A stretch of DNA of 64,000 bases, from positions 124,001-188,000 of the forward strand of contig JAANOX010000128.1 in NCBI GenBank assembly GCA_020184695.1, written 5' to 3'. Both the position numbers and the translations under genes were made by a program. Position 1 is the stretch's first letter. The number at the start of each line of letters is the position of its first letter. This document shows positions 19,479 through 31,612 of this stretch, piece by piece. A model generated the notes under the pieces. It ran no database searches. It saw only the letters and a list, made by a program, of their open reading frames with translations, and was not told the DNA's origin. The DNA is from Histomonas meleagridis 2922-C6/04-290x. Taxonomy: Eukaryota > Protista > Parabasalia.

Positions 19479-22400
19479 TTACAATGGTTCCAAGTCATCA
19501 CAAGCGCAATTACCCATGAAGTTACCTAATGCTTCTTCATACAATCTTGCGATTTCATTTTGTGTTGGGACGAATTCCAAAGCTTTTATTACGATCATTT
19601 GTTCAGGCAATTGTTGGAAGTATTCGTCTTTATTATTTTCTTCTTTTTCTTTTTCTTCTATTTTCAATTTTTCTTGTTCTTCAATTTTCTTATTTTCTAT
19701 TTCGCACTTTTTTATAGCATTTTTAAATATTTCATTTACGTCAATTTCATCGATTAATTCCAATTTCTTCAAATACGAATTTTCATTTTCATAAATCGAA
19801 AAATGTAATTTACGTAATAACACTTCGTATTCTTGGAACGGATGAATTTTTAACTTCTTAATATCATTTGATAATTTTTGGAATTTCTCAATTCCCATTA
19901 TCGATTCATCATTCGGTAACATTGGTGGCAACAAATATAAATCATCAAATTCATCGAAATCAATGTTCGTATCGACAATATCAGTTAATTGTGGTGCGAT
20001 CACTATAATAATTCTTGGGATTAAAACTATTTTTGGTATTTCGTCATTTTCTTTTATTACTGAAAAATCATTTTCATTATTTACATGTTTATTATATTCT
20101 TTTAAGTATAAATCAACGTAATAACTTCGTAAAAGTTTCTTTTCAGCTTTAACAATTGACGTAAATTCTTTTAAATATTTTGTTAATGAGTTTTCTTTCT
20201 TAAGGAGAAAAGACATTAATGAATAAAAAGGTAATATTTGTATCGAATGCCTTGCGATTTTAAGTAATGAAGTAAAGAATTCGCATATTATTGGTAAATG
20301 ATCCTTATTAATTAATTGTAATATTTGTTTACATATTTCATGCATAACTGGATAAATATCAATATGTATAACATCATCATTAATAAATACTTTCGAAAGA
20401 TATTCTTTAAAATGAATAATCTTTAAGTTCCTTTCTTCATTTTCACTATTCGGTTGAATTATTTGTAAAAATGCATTAATTGTTTTCTTCATTGTAATTA
20501 CATCATTCGTATCTAAGTTAAATCGTCGGACATCTTTATTAAACACATACCACATCCATGGTAACAATGATAATAATGCGCAATACATACAATCAACGGA
20601 GTTACTAAATAATGGAGTATATTTAGTTTGGACCATATAATTTAATACTCGAATTACTTGTTTCCCAATTGTATCATTATGAATTTTATGTTTATATATA
20701 GTTTTAGCAATCCCTAAAAACTGATAATGCCATTGTGAATGAAATTTCCAAAACTCATTAAGTGTAAAAGCTTCTTCATCAAATTCAACTTCTCCATTTA
20801 ATACGATAAAACATTTCGGCTTTGTTAAATAATATTCTAAAATATCTAATGATCGTTCATATATATAATGATTCTTAAATCCTAAACATTCAATAGCAAT
20901 CCAAAATATTGATGAATTTGGTGTGTTTAAACTTTCGGCCATTGATCTTAAGTTAGATAACATTGAAGAGATATATATTAAATAAGGCTTTTGATCATTA
21001 GTTTCTTTAGATGCAATAATAATATTACCTAATGATCGTGCGCATAATGCGATAATTAATGAATTAGTAATCATTGGATGTGCCATTAAACTCATTGAAG
21101 CTCTTTTTAAGTCATTACAACTTAAACCCCAACAAAGTAATTCATAAGCAAATTCATTTGAAAAATTGGAATTTGTTTCAGAAAAGTTTTCTTCTTCTTC
21201 TTCCTCTTCTTCTTCATAAATGTTTTCTTCTTTAAATGTTAATATTTGATCGAAAGAATCTAAAAACAAATAAATTGTATCAGCTACTGCTGAACTTTTA
21301 TATAATACTTCATAATAAGTACAATTTGTTTTATTCATTGTGAAGATATGTTTTAATGAATCATAATCATGTTTTAATTGTGGGTCATCTGATATAAAAG
21401 GATCAAGTTCTTGAATAATTTGTTTATTTAACATGATGATTTTATGATAATATTTATCCGAAAACACAATAGAAAATGCAAATATAATTGATAAATGATT
21501 CATAAATGGTCGTATTGAATCATGACATAAGATAGATAAACATGAGATTATAAATGAATAAAGATTATCCAAATTCTTTGGATGTTTTGAGATAGAATTA
21601 TTAAAAAAATATATGAACTTTAACGTGGAACATAAATATGATAAAACTAATTCATCATGAACACTATATAAATAACGCATTAATAAAAATAAATCTTTAT
21701 GATGTTCAGAAGTTTCTGCAACTTCTAATAAACATAAAATGATAGGTTCGAAATTATGTATATTCTTTCCAAACATTAATGAATGCCAAACTAAGAAATA
21801 TGGTGAACTAAAGTTATCAGATGAGAAACTAAAACTATTTAAAAGTTGATCTATAAATGAGAAACAACTAAATCGTATAAATATATATTCCGAGTTTTTA
21901 CATATTTTTCGTGTTTGTGTATTAAAATCAATTAATTTAAACCATGGAATTAATACTGTTAAAGTTTTCTCAATTATTTCTTCTGGGAAATCAATTAAAT
22001 ATTTCATTGCTGTCGATAATAATTGTTCCATACAAAACGAAAAATAATTTGCTAAAGATTCCGATAATAAAGTAATTGTCGATAATTCAACAGATGAAAA
22101 TGATTGACCAAAATCTTTACAAATGTTTAAAAATATTTGGAAAATAGGTTGAATAGTTTCTATTCGACCTTCATTATAAAACAATGATATTAAAGGTACT
22201 AATGTACCTAAAGTTATAAATGCTTCATCTTTTAATGAATTATTATAACGAATCATTGATAATAAACAACAAAAAATAAAAGTACCTGAATTCTCATATA
22301 TTACTTGAATTCGAGTTGAATTTTTATCGATTTTATGAAGTTCTGTCCATTGTTGTTTCTTAAAGACATCACCAATATCTAATTCAACATCAGTATTTGA

Positions 22401-24836
22401 GAATCTAAAAAAATATGAAATCGCATGTAAAAATGGTGATCCGTCAAGTTTTAATGAATAATTTAAATAACGTGGAAACATTTCCGCGAAATTATGTTTT
22501 AATAAGTTTTGTAATATTGATGGAGTAAATCGGATAAAATGTTTCATTTGATGGATAAAATATTCATCGAAAAATGATGAAACATTTGGTAAATTATAAC
22601 ATGCTAAATATTTCGAAAATGCTTTCATTGATATTGATTTAAAATTAATATCTTTATTATATAACGTCAAATTAAATAATGGCGAATATAATGAATTTAA
22701 TTTTGAGATTTCTTTAATTCCTGTTTTAGGTACAGCATTTCGTGAAGGGAAACATTCATTTTCTGGTTGTTCATATTTTAATTCGAAGAAATCAAATAAT
22801 TTATAAGTAATAGTACAAAAGTCAGTTAAAAGTAATAAATTTTCTTTTACAATTGTAGTTTGTTCTTTAGTTAAATAAGTTTGCATTTCTTTAAATAACA
22901 AATTCTTATTTAAAAATGAATTATAAAGTCGTAAATAAATATTAGAGAAGATATCAATTATTTCATTATTATTCATAATCTTATTAAAGTCATGACTCCA
23001 AATAATAATTCGTAATAATAAACATATTGTTGTATCTTTATAATTATCATAAACTTTATCAATCAAATAAATTAACTTACGAAATGATATAATAGGTAAT
23101 GGTACATACATAATTAATAATGACGAATAAAATTCATCATAAAATTGTTCAGTAGTTTTAATGAATTGTGTTAATATTCGTTCATCTAATTCATTACTTT
23201 CTGTCGATCCTGTCATTGCACCTAAAAATGTTAATACATTAATTGAATATAACTTACTTGTAGCTTTAGAAAAGTTTTGTGACGTTTGTACTAATGATAA
23301 TGACATATCTTTTAAGTTCTCTAATGTATCATTAGTAAAATCATTGACTGCTGATGATGCTATTGAAGCTAATGTTAATTGCCATAATGTTACGTAATCA
23401 GAAACACACATAAGTTCTAAACCAAATGGTATATTCGGTAATGATGGTGGTGCTTCTAATAATTTAAATGGATGATCTTCGAAAAATTGTAAAAACTTCA
23501 TCGGAAATAATTGGCGATTAATATCAATGAATTGCGTAAGTTTGGTATAGCCAACTGTTGATAAAGCTTCCATTAAACGTAATGAAGTACGACGAATAAC
23601 AGGATGTACTGCACAAAAACCTAATAATGCAATAGAGTTTAAATATTTGAAATGTTCTTGTTTGATTTCATATAATTTTGGTGAATAATGTAAGACACTA
23701 ATTATTCGGCGTATCAAATGAATAAATGTATGATGTTGCTTAAATGATAATATCGAAAAAAGAGGATAAATGTCATATAAAGCATCGAATAAAATGATGG
23801 GAAATAACGGATCTACTAAAATCATGATTTGTGACCATGTGAGTAAAAATGAAGCTGAGATAGGTTCATTACATAAAATCATCGTTAGCAATGTTTTGCC
23901 TTTCGCTTTTGTATCTAAAAGTGATTCATTTAAAAATGGCGCTAATTTTAATAATTGGACTTCATAGTCTTGGGAAAGAGAATAAGGCTTTTCAAAAATT
24001 AACGCACTTGGGCTTTTAATGGGTTCAGTGCCAGTGACTTCTGAGAAGAAATTAGCCCAAGGCGCAACTTCCTCATTCGTGGAGGTTTTGTCGGTTTTCT
24101 TGTCAATCGAAAAAATGTCGATTTTATGGAAATTGGAAATTACTGAAAGCGCTTCAAGATTAGTTGGGAAACCACATTGAAGATTAGAGTTACGATATGA
24201 TGGGGGAATGAAAATGGATTGAAAATAAATTGAGACTAATGGAGCACATATTGTGGTTTCATCAATAAAACGAAGTTCAAGGTTTGAGTTGGAGTTAAAA
24301 ATATCATTGATAAGAGAAATAACATGACTACGTACTTTTTGAAGTGATTTACCAAATGGAGTCGAAAGATCATCAGAAGAATTTGGTCCAAAAAATGTAA
24401 ACTTGTGTGTCTTGTCATGCCATACATCATTGCGTTGTGATAATGGTGAATGTAAAAGAAATCCTGAAAAAGGATCTAAAATAATTGATAGAAGTTTACA
24501 ATAAAGAATTTTAACTGTGGGATTTTCTGATTCAATTAACTTGGGTAACAGATCATCAACAAAATGAACAAAATCATAAGATGCTATTTGTGCTAAAAAT
24601 CTTGCTGTAAGTGTAATATCCTGCTTGAATAATTTGATTTTATCAATGATTGTACAAAAAAGATTGTCATATATCTCAATGCTTGCCTTAGGATGAACAA
24701 ATTGATAAGATTCACCAGGAAGAGATGTTTCTTTAGTTTGACATCCGCTTATTCTCGATAATAAATCTTTAAGTCTTGACATAGCTGAGTTTTCATCTTT
24801 TAAGTATTTATTTGGGAATGAAATATCTTCGTTCAT
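19479..24836 (-). CDS. Large ARM/HEAT protein, probably Furry/Tao3 (MOR2-PAG1)-like
   Basis: 1785-aa ORF. ALLGFCAVHPVIRRTSLRLMEAL and IFWIAIECLGFKNHYIYERSLDILEYYL resemble the Furry/Tao3 N- and C-terminal conserved blocks. The CDS is secure; the family call is moderate. Confidence 0.65.
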   Translation of the reverse strand: MNEDISFPNKYLKDENSAMSRLKDLLSRISGCQTKETSLPGESYQFVHPKASIEIYDNLFCTIIDKIKLFKQDITLTARFLAQIASYDFVHFVDDLLPKLIESENPTVKILYCKLLSIILDPFSGFLLHSPLSQRNDVWHDKTHKFTFFGPNSSDDLSTPFGKSLQKVRSHVISLINDIFNSNSNLELRFIDETTICAPLVSIYFQSIFIPPSYRNSNLQCGFPTNLEALSVISNFHKIDIFSIDKKTDKTSTNEEVAPWANFFSEVTGTEPIKSPSALIFEKPYSLSQDYEVQLLKLAPFLNESLLDTKAKGKTLLTMILCNEPISASFLLTWSQIMILVDPLFPIILFDALYDIYPLFSILSFKQHHTFIHLIRRIISVLHYSPKLYEIKQEHFKYLNSIALLGFCAVHPVIRRTSLRLMEALSTVGYTKLTQFIDINRQLFPMKFLQFFEDHPFKLLEAPPSLPNIPFGLELMCVSDYVTLWQLTLASIASSAVNDFTNDTLENLKDMSLSLVQTSQNFSKATSKLYSINVLTFLGAMTGSTESNELDERILTQFIKTTEQFYDEFYSSLLIMYVPLPIISFRKLIYLIDKVYDNYKDTTICLLLRIIIWSHDFNKIMNNNEIIDIFSNIYLRLYNSFLNKNLLFKEMQTYLTKEQTTIVKENLLLLTDFCTITYKLFDFFELKYEQPENECFPSRNAVPKTGIKEISKLNSLYSPLFNLTLYNKDINFKSISMKAFSKYLACYNLPNVSSFFDEYFIHQMKHFIRFTPSILQNLLKHNFAEMFPRYLNYSLKLDGSPFLHAISYFFRFSNTDVELDIGDVFKKQQWTELHKIDKNSTRIQVIYENSGTFIFCCLLSMIRYNNSLKDEAFITLGTLVPLISLFYNEGRIETIQPIFQIFLNICKDFGQSFSSVELSTITLLSESLANYFSFCMEQLLSTAMKYLIDFPEEIIEKTLTVLIPWFKLIDFNTQTRKICKNSEYIFIRFSCFSFIDQLLNSFSFSSDNFSSPYFLVWHSLMFGKNIHNFEPIILCLLEVAETSEHHKDLFLLMRYLYSVHDELVLSYLCSTLKFIYFFNNSISKHPKNLDNLYSFIISCLSILCHDSIRPFMNHLSIIFAFSIVFSDKYYHKIIMLNKQIIQELDPFISDDPQLKHDYDSLKHIFTMNKTNCTYYEVLYKSSAVADTIYLFLDSFDQILTFKEENIYEEEEEEEEENFSETNSNFSNEFAYELLCWGLSCNDLKRASMSLMAHPMITNSLIIALCARSLGNIIIASKETNDQKPYLIYISSMLSNLRSMAESLNTPNSSIFWIAIECLGFKNHYIYERSLDILEYYLTKPKCFIVLNGEVEFDEEAFTLNEFWKFHSQWHYQFLGIAKTIYKHKIHNDTIGKQVIRVLNYMVQTKYTPLFSNSVDCMYCALLSLLPWMWYVFNKDVRRFNLDTNDVITMKKTINAFLQIIQPNSENEERNLKIIHFKEYLSKVFINDDVIHIDIYPVMHEICKQILQLINKDHLPIICEFFTSLLKIARHSIQILPFYSLMSFLLKKENSLTKYLKEFTSIVKAEKKLLRSYYVDLYLKEYNKHVNNENDFSVIKENDEIPKIVLIPRIIIVIAPQLTDIVDTNIDFDEFDDLYLLPPMLPNDESIMGIEKFQKLSNDIKKLKIHPFQEYEVLLRKLHFSIYENENSYLKKLELIDEIDVNEIFKNAIKKCEIENKKIEEQEKLKIEEKEKEENNKDEYFQQLPEQMIVIKALEFVPTQNEIARLYEEALGNFMGNCACDDLEPL

Positions 24837-25221
24837 CTGTTTAGGCCGAAATGTTATGTGAAAAAGGATAATGACCGTTTAAATTTTCCATCAATAATCA
24901 TTTCTTTTATGAAAAATTTTTAATCAATGGATATATTGTATAAATTATCTTCAGGAAAAATCACTGGGTTAGTTCTCATGAGATAGTAATACTTGAAATT
25001 TTAAAAATATATTGCTTTTACCTAATTTTGATGTTTTGTTGGTTCTTACGGATAAGTAAACGGTCGTTCCCGTACGTTATCTGTTGATGCACAAAAACGA
25101 TTCGAATTTCCTTAAATCTAATAATCGAAATGAAAAAAAGTAAAAACAATTTAAAAATATCAAAGAGTTCGAGATTTATTAATGAATTGTATCGCATTTC
25201 CATTGAATGTACTCTTATTGA

Positions 25222-27117
25222 TTATAACCATTGATCATTTTCTTTAATGATAAAATCATTAAATTTTTGATTGATAATTTCAATGTTACCTTCTGATGTA
25301 CTTTTTGATTTCGTTTTAGTTTTTGTAGCTAATATTCGTTTTTGATTTCCGTGAATTAAAAAGACAACAATTCCGATTATAAGTAAAATGATTGCTACTG
25401 CGCCACATATAATACCAATCAAAGCGCCTTGTGGAAATGCATCATTTTTGTGTAGCTCGTTTGGTAGTATAGTAAAGAAATCAGAGTAATATATATAAAA
25501 TGACGAATATTGACTGAGTATATATTCATAAATAACGAATTTGGAATAAATATAATAATATGATGAACCAAATCGTGTGATTGTAATTGATTTGGTGAAA
25601 ATCGTTTTTGAAATAATCGTTTGTGTAACAGAATGTGTGAGAATTATCGTGTGAATAAATGTTCCTCCAAATTGTAATGTATCAGAAAATGCGTTTAATT
25701 CTGTAAAAGTATTTGATTTAGTAAATGTATTTGACTTGGAAAAAGTATATGATTGTGAATATTTATTTGATTTAGATAATGTATTTGACTTGGAAAAAGT
25801 ATTTGAATGTGAATATGTATTTGATTTAGAAAATGTATTTGATTTGGAAAAAGTGTTTGAATGTGAATATGTATGTGATTTAGAAAATGTATTTGATATA
25901 GTGAATTGATTGGATTCAGTAAAGGTATTAGATATAGAATATGGATTAGATTTGGTGAATATAAATGATGGTGTAGGAATATGTGTTGGAATTGGCAGAC
26001 ATCCATCAATAATTGATCCTTTGGCTGCTATCAGTGTGTCAAATTTTTCACTCTTGTATGAATTCAATGTCATAACATAATTTGTGCTAACACCCAAAAA
26101 AACATTTGACCCAAATGTTGGCTCTTCATTTCCATAAAAATATATACAACGAAGGTTTGAGCATCCAAAAAATGCATAGGTTTCGATAGATGTAACAGAT
26201 GATGGTAATGTGATATCTTCTAAAGAAATACATTGGCTAAATGCATTACTTTCAATTTTTGTTACTTTTTCTTTTATAGTTATTGATTTTAAATAAAAGC
26301 AACTTTCAAAAGTAGAATTTGCAATAATGGTGAGAGAATTTGGTATTTCAATGTTTGTTAATAATGAACATAATATAAATGCACCAGCTCCAATTGAGTT
26401 TACATTATCACCGAAGTTAATTTCGCTGAATGATTTGCATAACATAAATGCATAATTTCCGATCGTTTTTACATTTCTACCAATTGTAATTCTTTCCAAA
26501 CTTGAAGAAGCAAATGCATAATCCCCAATAGAAGTAACAGTATCGCCAATTCTCACTGAAATTAATGAAGTCCAGAGATAAAAATCCTTATCTTGAATTG
26601 CAGTGACACCACTAATGATATTAACATATAACGTTGTGTATTGCCAATTCTTTCTTTCATTATATTCATTAAAAGAAGTAATGTTAAGGGTTCCTAAATA
26701 AAACTCTTCAAATGTTTGTGTAAAAAAAAGAGTAAATAAAAGAAAAAGATTTTTTTGATTAATTTTTTCTTTCTTGTTAAAAATCTGAAAAATTAATTTA
26801 ATGTTAAAAAAAGCAACAAAAAATAAAATAGTTGGAATAATTTTAAAAGATAAAACATCGAAAAAAATTTGGGCGTATCTTAAATCATCTTTGAAAGGAT
26901 TAGAGGAGATAAAAAATCTCAAATAATAGGAGATATCAAAGAAAACCTGTGTTATTGGAGATTGTTGCTGCGCCAATAGAATAAAAAAAGTTTTAGGCAA
27001 AATGAAATGTTTTTGGTTCAACATGCTTGGTCGTGAATTATTTGAGAAGCATTTGACTTTATTCTTCTGAATTCCACGTGGAATTCTTAACATCGATAGA
27101 ATCACAGTGACAGTCAT
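25222..27117 (-). CDS. BspA-like TpLRR surface protein, copy 3 (divergent; ~118-codon N-terminal extension)
   Basis: IGDTVTSIGDYAF / IGRNVKTIGNYAF / LPSSVTSIETYAFFGCSNL repeats, (F/Y)SKSNT stalk, TM LIGIICGAVAIILLIIGIVVFLI, tail ending ENDQWL. Confidence 0.85.
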   Translation of the reverse strand: MTVTVILSMLRIPRGIQKNKVKCFSNNSRPSMLNQKHFILPKTFFILLAQQQSPITQVFFDISYYLRFFISSNPFKDDLRYAQIFFDVLSFKIIPTILFFVAFFNIKLIFQIFNKKEKINQKNLFLLFTLFFTQTFEEFYLGTLNITSFNEYNERKNWQYTTLYVNIISGVTAIQDKDFYLWTSLISVRIGDTVTSIGDYAFASSSLERITIGRNVKTIGNYAFMLCKSFSEINFGDNVNSIGAGAFILCSLLTNIEIPNSLTIIANSTFESCFYLKSITIKEKVTKIESNAFSQCISLEDITLPSSVTSIETYAFFGCSNLRCIYFYGNEEPTFGSNVFLGVSTNYVMTLNSYKSEKFDTLIAAKGSIIDGCLPIPTHIPTPSFIFTKSNPYSISNTFTESNQFTISNTFSKSHTYSHSNTFSKSNTFSKSNTYSHSNTFSKSNTLSKSNKYSQSYTFSKSNTFTKSNTFTELNAFSDTLQFGGTFIHTIILTHSVTQTIISKTIFTKSITITRFGSSYYYIYSKFVIYEYILSQYSSFYIYYSDFFTILPNELHKNDAFPQGALIGIICGAVAIILLIIGIVVFLIHGNQKRILATKTKTKSKSTSEGNIEIINQKFNDFIIKENDQWL

Positions 27118-27527
27118 TTATATACTTTACACCAATTAACCGCAATCCATTGTTGTAGGGATTTCATCCAAATTTATCGGAGCGCGGGGATCCGAAAGTG
27201 TACTTTGTTTAGATAAAAATCGCTTAAAATTCGTATGTTTATTAAAAACAGATGAAATTTAATCAATATTTGGTAGAATCATTAATTTTAGCAAAAAATT
27301 TTAAAAACCATTGATTAACGGAATAAAATAACACACAGGGGTAACATCAAGAATGTGTGTTCTAAAAAATATTCGAATCGAAAAAAAATTCTTTCCTTTG
27401 AATATTTTTAATGAATTCTTAAATTCTAAGAAACAAATCAAAAAATAATGGCTTCTAGCACAACGGAAAGTGGTTGATGTAAGGAATTTTTACAAAGTCA
27501 TATGATGGGATGAACTAAAAATTTTTA

Positions 27528-27755
27528 TTAATCTTCTGAATACTCTGGATAAACAAGTGGGTACATTTGAGCCATGTAAGTGCATGCCCACATAATGAAA
27601 GCCATTACTATAAGAATTACTGTGAAATTGACTGCATAACAAGTTTGTCCCTTTCTGAATGCAATAGCAACAATTGCTGCTCCAAGAAAAGCAACACCTA
27701 TGAAAATAAGTGTTCCTATAAGAAGTCCATTTAAAGGTGGTTCAGGCCAACCCAT
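27528..27755 (-). CDS. V-type ATPase subunit e (Vma9/ATP6V0E-like)
   Basis: 75 aa, two TM helices and the characteristic MWACTYMAQMYPLVYP C-terminal motif. Confidence 0.85.
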   Translation of the reverse strand: MGWPEPPLNGLLIGTLIFIGVAFLGAAIVAIAFRKGQTCYAVNFTVILIVMAFIMWACTYMAQMYPLVYPEYSED

Positions 27756-27973
27756 TTATTGGAAAGAAATCTGGGTTACGATACTGAAAAGTGACAACGC
27801 TGAAATGCTTTTTGCAAAAAGTTATCAACAATAAAAACACACTATAAACACTTTCATAGCAAAATAATAAATGTATATAGTTTCGATTAAAATTACATGA
27901 AACTTCATATTTTTTAATAAGAATACGAAATTTTTTTATCTATTTTTGTTATAACATATTTAAATAAAACGGT

Positions 27974-28785
27974 TTCAACCAAATGAACGATCGTTTCAAA
28001 TCAGAAAATCAATTTTTTTCATTTTCCAATAAACTAAATTTAAAAAATATAAATAAAAAAGTATACACATTCTATTCAATGAAATTATCTTAACCAAATT
28101 TTGTTATCTTATTTTTTTATTAGCAATCTCCAAAATTTCAAAATGCTTTTTTGGGCTTTAGGATTAAATACAGAAGTTCAAATTAAAAAAATATATAGAA
28201 CTAATAATAGTCAATATCAATTTATATAATATTTCTATAGTTTTCATTCTGTTTTTAAGTTATACAAGATTTTCTATATCTATAGACCAGAGCAAAAATT
28301 CAAAAATCTGTGTTTGCAATTTTTTATAGTTTATATGTGTTATAAAAATCATAATTCTTGAAACAATTTATTCATTATTGAAGGCTCTAAACGAAGAAAA
28401 AAAAAACAACTTTTTGAATTAATTTTGCGGTTACAAATCCATCAAGATTCGTTCCTCCACAAGTAAGAGATACTCACAACAAGGAATCACAAAATTAAAC
28501 AGAAGATAAAAACATTTTAAACATTTTTCCAACAATACTTGTATATACTGGTTTAGATGTGGTTAATTGGTACATCCAGTCTTTTCTTAGATGACCTATT
28601 GTGTATTGTATCGTACACGAATTTAAATGGAAAGTGACTAAATTCAAAGGAAATTTTAAAATAATTATTATATCTTAATAAAAATTTGTCTACTGTTCTT
28701 ATATGTTAAAATCTGATATGTATTAAATACATTACAAATAATTTTAAAATTAAAAAGAAATCTATAAGAGGGAAAGTTGGTTGAC
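27974..28785. mobile_element. MITE-like non-autonomous element, copy 1 (812 bp, short TIR TCAACCAA...TTGGTTGA)
   Basis: Colinear with 49109-49977 along its whole length at roughly 90% identity by eye; no long ORF. Confidence 0.75.
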
Positions 28786-28908
28786 CATTTAAGTTTCATA
28801 TTTTAAAATGAATGGGCCAAAGTAATAATTAGAAACAAAAAAGGAAATGATTATAGTGTTCAGTGCGCCACAAATTCCAATATATATTTTGTTTTATTCA
28901 AATATTTA

Positions 28909-31461
28909 TCAAAACAGTCCAAACATTTTTGTTCTTTTTGTATTTTTCCAAGCCTTTTCAGCCTGTTGTATCTGTATTTCCGAGCATCCCACCACGTTCA
29001 GTATCACTGGCACCAATCTTTCTTTAGCTGAAGCATCTTGCAAGAAGAATTCCATCATCAGTCTTTGCAAATACGGCAAAGAAACTTCTTCTTTTTTATC
29101 ATTATCATCATCATCGTTTTTAACATCATTTAAAACGATTTCAAATTCATTCGATTTCGCTTCGAATAACATAATCGAATCTCTTTTTATTTCTATTTCT
29201 TTTAGCTTTCGCTTCAATTCGGTATTTTTTTGTTTAATCGATATAACTTCCGCCGAATGATTAGAGCAAGCTTTTCTCATTTCTTCTAATTCGATATTAT
29301 TCGAGTTTGCTTTGTTTTCAGCAGCTAAAAGCGCTGATTCGATTTCTCTCATTTGCGTTTCATTCTCTTCCATTTTATGTAGAAGTGAATCCGATTTCGA
29401 CTTTTCCATTTGGAATTGTAAATCACTTTCATTACAACGTTGTTGATAATTATTAACTTGCGTTTGTAAATAATTAATTTTTTGTGATAATACAACTTTA
29501 TCTGCTTCGAGAATTCTTTTATCTTCTTCTAATAGTTGTAACTTATCAAGAATCGATGCTTTCTCTGATTCTTTTTCTTTTTGCGATTTCAACAAATTAT
29601 TTATCATTGCTTCGCGATCATTATTACTTTCTTCAAGTGTCGAAATCTTTGTGTTTAATTCGCTTTGATTCGATTCGACTTCTCGAAGTCGTTCATTTTC
29701 TTTTTGTAAGTTTTGAAGAAGTTTCTTAAGTTTTCCGCCTTGTGTACGATGTGTTTTAAGTTCTGTTTCATATTCAGTAAGTTTATTATCTTTTTGTATC
29801 ATATTATCATTAAGTGTTTCGACTTCTTTTCGAAGTTGTTCATTTTCTTTTGTTAATTGCGATTGTATATTTGCTGAATCATTTTGTAATGATATAAATC
29901 GTTGTTCAAGTTCGATTTTTGACGAGTTTTCTTCACGTAATTTTTTGTTCTCATTTTGTAATTGGATTTTAGTTTCTTGAAGTGTGGAAATATCAGTAGA
30001 CATTTGATTTATGGAAGAAGTAAGTTGTTTGTTTTGTGCTTCAAGTGTTGTAATTTGCTTTTGAAGTGTTGAATTAGTTGTCGTAAGTGTATTAAGTTGT
30101 TGTGTGTTATCTTCTGTCGTAGATGTATAAAGTGATTTAAATTTGAAATATTCATTTTTGAGTTTTTCGATTTGTTTATTCTTTTTATTTAGTTCAGTAG
30201 AAAGTTCATTAATTTTTGTGTCTTTAGATTTAGTATCGTTGTTAAGTTTATTTATAATTTCTTTGGATTTTGTGATTTGCGTTTGTGTTTCTTTAAGTGA
30301 TTTTTCGAGTTCATTAATTTTTGTTTTAGTTTCGGAGTTAATATCATTGATTTGTTGTGAGTTTTGTTTAAGTAATTGTTCTAATTCATTAATTTTCGAT
30401 TCTTTGGATTTTATTTCGGAATTTAAATTGTTAATTTGTGAGATTTTTGTTTGAGCTTCTTTAAGCGAGTTTTCTAATTTAATAATTGTTTCATCTTTTT
30501 GTTTTGACTCGGTATTTAATTTATTAATTATTTGATCATAATTTGAAATTTTGATTTTCGATTCATTTAATTGTTTTTCTAAATCGGTAAATTCTGAATT
30601 TGTTTCATTATTTATCTTCGAGTTAAGTTGTAATATTTTTGCTTCCAATTCTTCAATTTTTTTGTTTTTTGTGTTTAATTCATTTTGTTGGTTTTGTAAT
30701 GCAGTAATTTTGGAATCTTTAGTTTTGATTTCTTCTTTTAGTTTTTCGATTTCATTAACATTATCATTTTGTTGATAACCAAAAAAGTTATCCAATAAAT
30801 TCGGTTCAAACTTTTGTTGACTTTGTTGTTGTTGTTTTAGAATATTTTCTAATTCATTAATATGCATGTATTTAAGATCCATTTCTGCTTGAAATTCTTT
30901 GCGTACTTCTTCTCTGATCTCTTCAATTTTCGATTGGGAAATTTCGTCACTTTTTGTTTGAGGTGCATTCTGTTGTTGAAGTTTTTTGATTTGGTCTTCA
31001 AGTTCAACAATACGCATGTACTTGAAGTTCATTTGTTCGGTGAATTGATCTTCGATTTCTTTTTTGGTGTTTTCATTGGCTTTTTTAAGAGATTCAATTT
31101 GTTTTTGTAAATCACTCCTCTCTTCATCAAAAGCAGAAACAAGTTCATCTATTTCTTGCTCTTTTTGTTTTGCCATATTTGCTTCCTTAATTTTAAGTTG
31201 GTTTTGTAATTCTTTTTTTTCTTGATTTGATTTTTGAATTACATTTTCTAATTGCTTAAGCTTTTTTTCTTGAGCTTCCTTTTCAGCAATAGATTGTTCA
31301 ACCAATGGTTCAAGTGTTTGAATTTTTAAATTTTTTGCTTCAATTTCATTTAACAAACGATTTACATCTGCTTCAAGTTCTTTTCTTCTTTCAACAGCTC
31401 TTTTTAGATATGCCTTAAGTTTACCTTCATTTGGGGAACTTGGAGTTTCATTTGTTTCCAT
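28909..31461 (-). CDS. Golgin-like coiled-coil protein with C-terminal GRIP domain
   Basis: 850-aa coiled coil ending VSLPYLQRLMMEFFLQDASAKERLVPVILNVVGCSEIQ, matching the GRIP pattern YLKNVxxxF...ERLVPVI. Confidence 0.8.
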   Translation of the reverse strand: METNETPSSPNEGKLKAYLKRAVERRKELEADVNRLLNEIEAKNLKIQTLEPLVEQSIAEKEAQEKKLKQLENVIQKSNQEKKELQNQLKIKEANMAKQKEQEIDELVSAFDEERSDLQKQIESLKKANENTKKEIEDQFTEQMNFKYMRIVELEDQIKKLQQQNAPQTKSDEISQSKIEEIREEVRKEFQAEMDLKYMHINELENILKQQQQSQQKFEPNLLDNFFGYQQNDNVNEIEKLKEEIKTKDSKITALQNQQNELNTKNKKIEELEAKILQLNSKINNETNSEFTDLEKQLNESKIKISNYDQIINKLNTESKQKDETIIKLENSLKEAQTKISQINNLNSEIKSKESKINELEQLLKQNSQQINDINSETKTKINELEKSLKETQTQITKSKEIINKLNNDTKSKDTKINELSTELNKKNKQIEKLKNEYFKFKSLYTSTTEDNTQQLNTLTTTNSTLQKQITTLEAQNKQLTSSINQMSTDISTLQETKIQLQNENKKLREENSSKIELEQRFISLQNDSANIQSQLTKENEQLRKEVETLNDNMIQKDNKLTEYETELKTHRTQGGKLKKLLQNLQKENERLREVESNQSELNTKISTLEESNNDREAMINNLLKSQKEKESEKASILDKLQLLEEDKRILEADKVVLSQKINYLQTQVNNYQQRCNESDLQFQMEKSKSDSLLHKMEENETQMREIESALLAAENKANSNNIELEEMRKACSNHSAEVISIKQKNTELKRKLKEIEIKRDSIMLFEAKSNEFEIVLNDVKNDDDDNDKKEEVSLPYLQRLMMEFFLQDASAKERLVPVILNVVGCSEIQIQQAEKAWKNTKRTKMFGLF

Positions 31462-31612
31462 TTGGACATACCTGACATGGCATATTTATTTTGAAATTTG
31501 TATGCCATTTTTAATTGCAGTCAAAAAACCAGTTTGGGCTCTTTATAAAGCATTCAATTTTTTGAAAAGATTACTTCATTTTCATTTTAAATTTAAACAA
31601 ATAAAAACATTT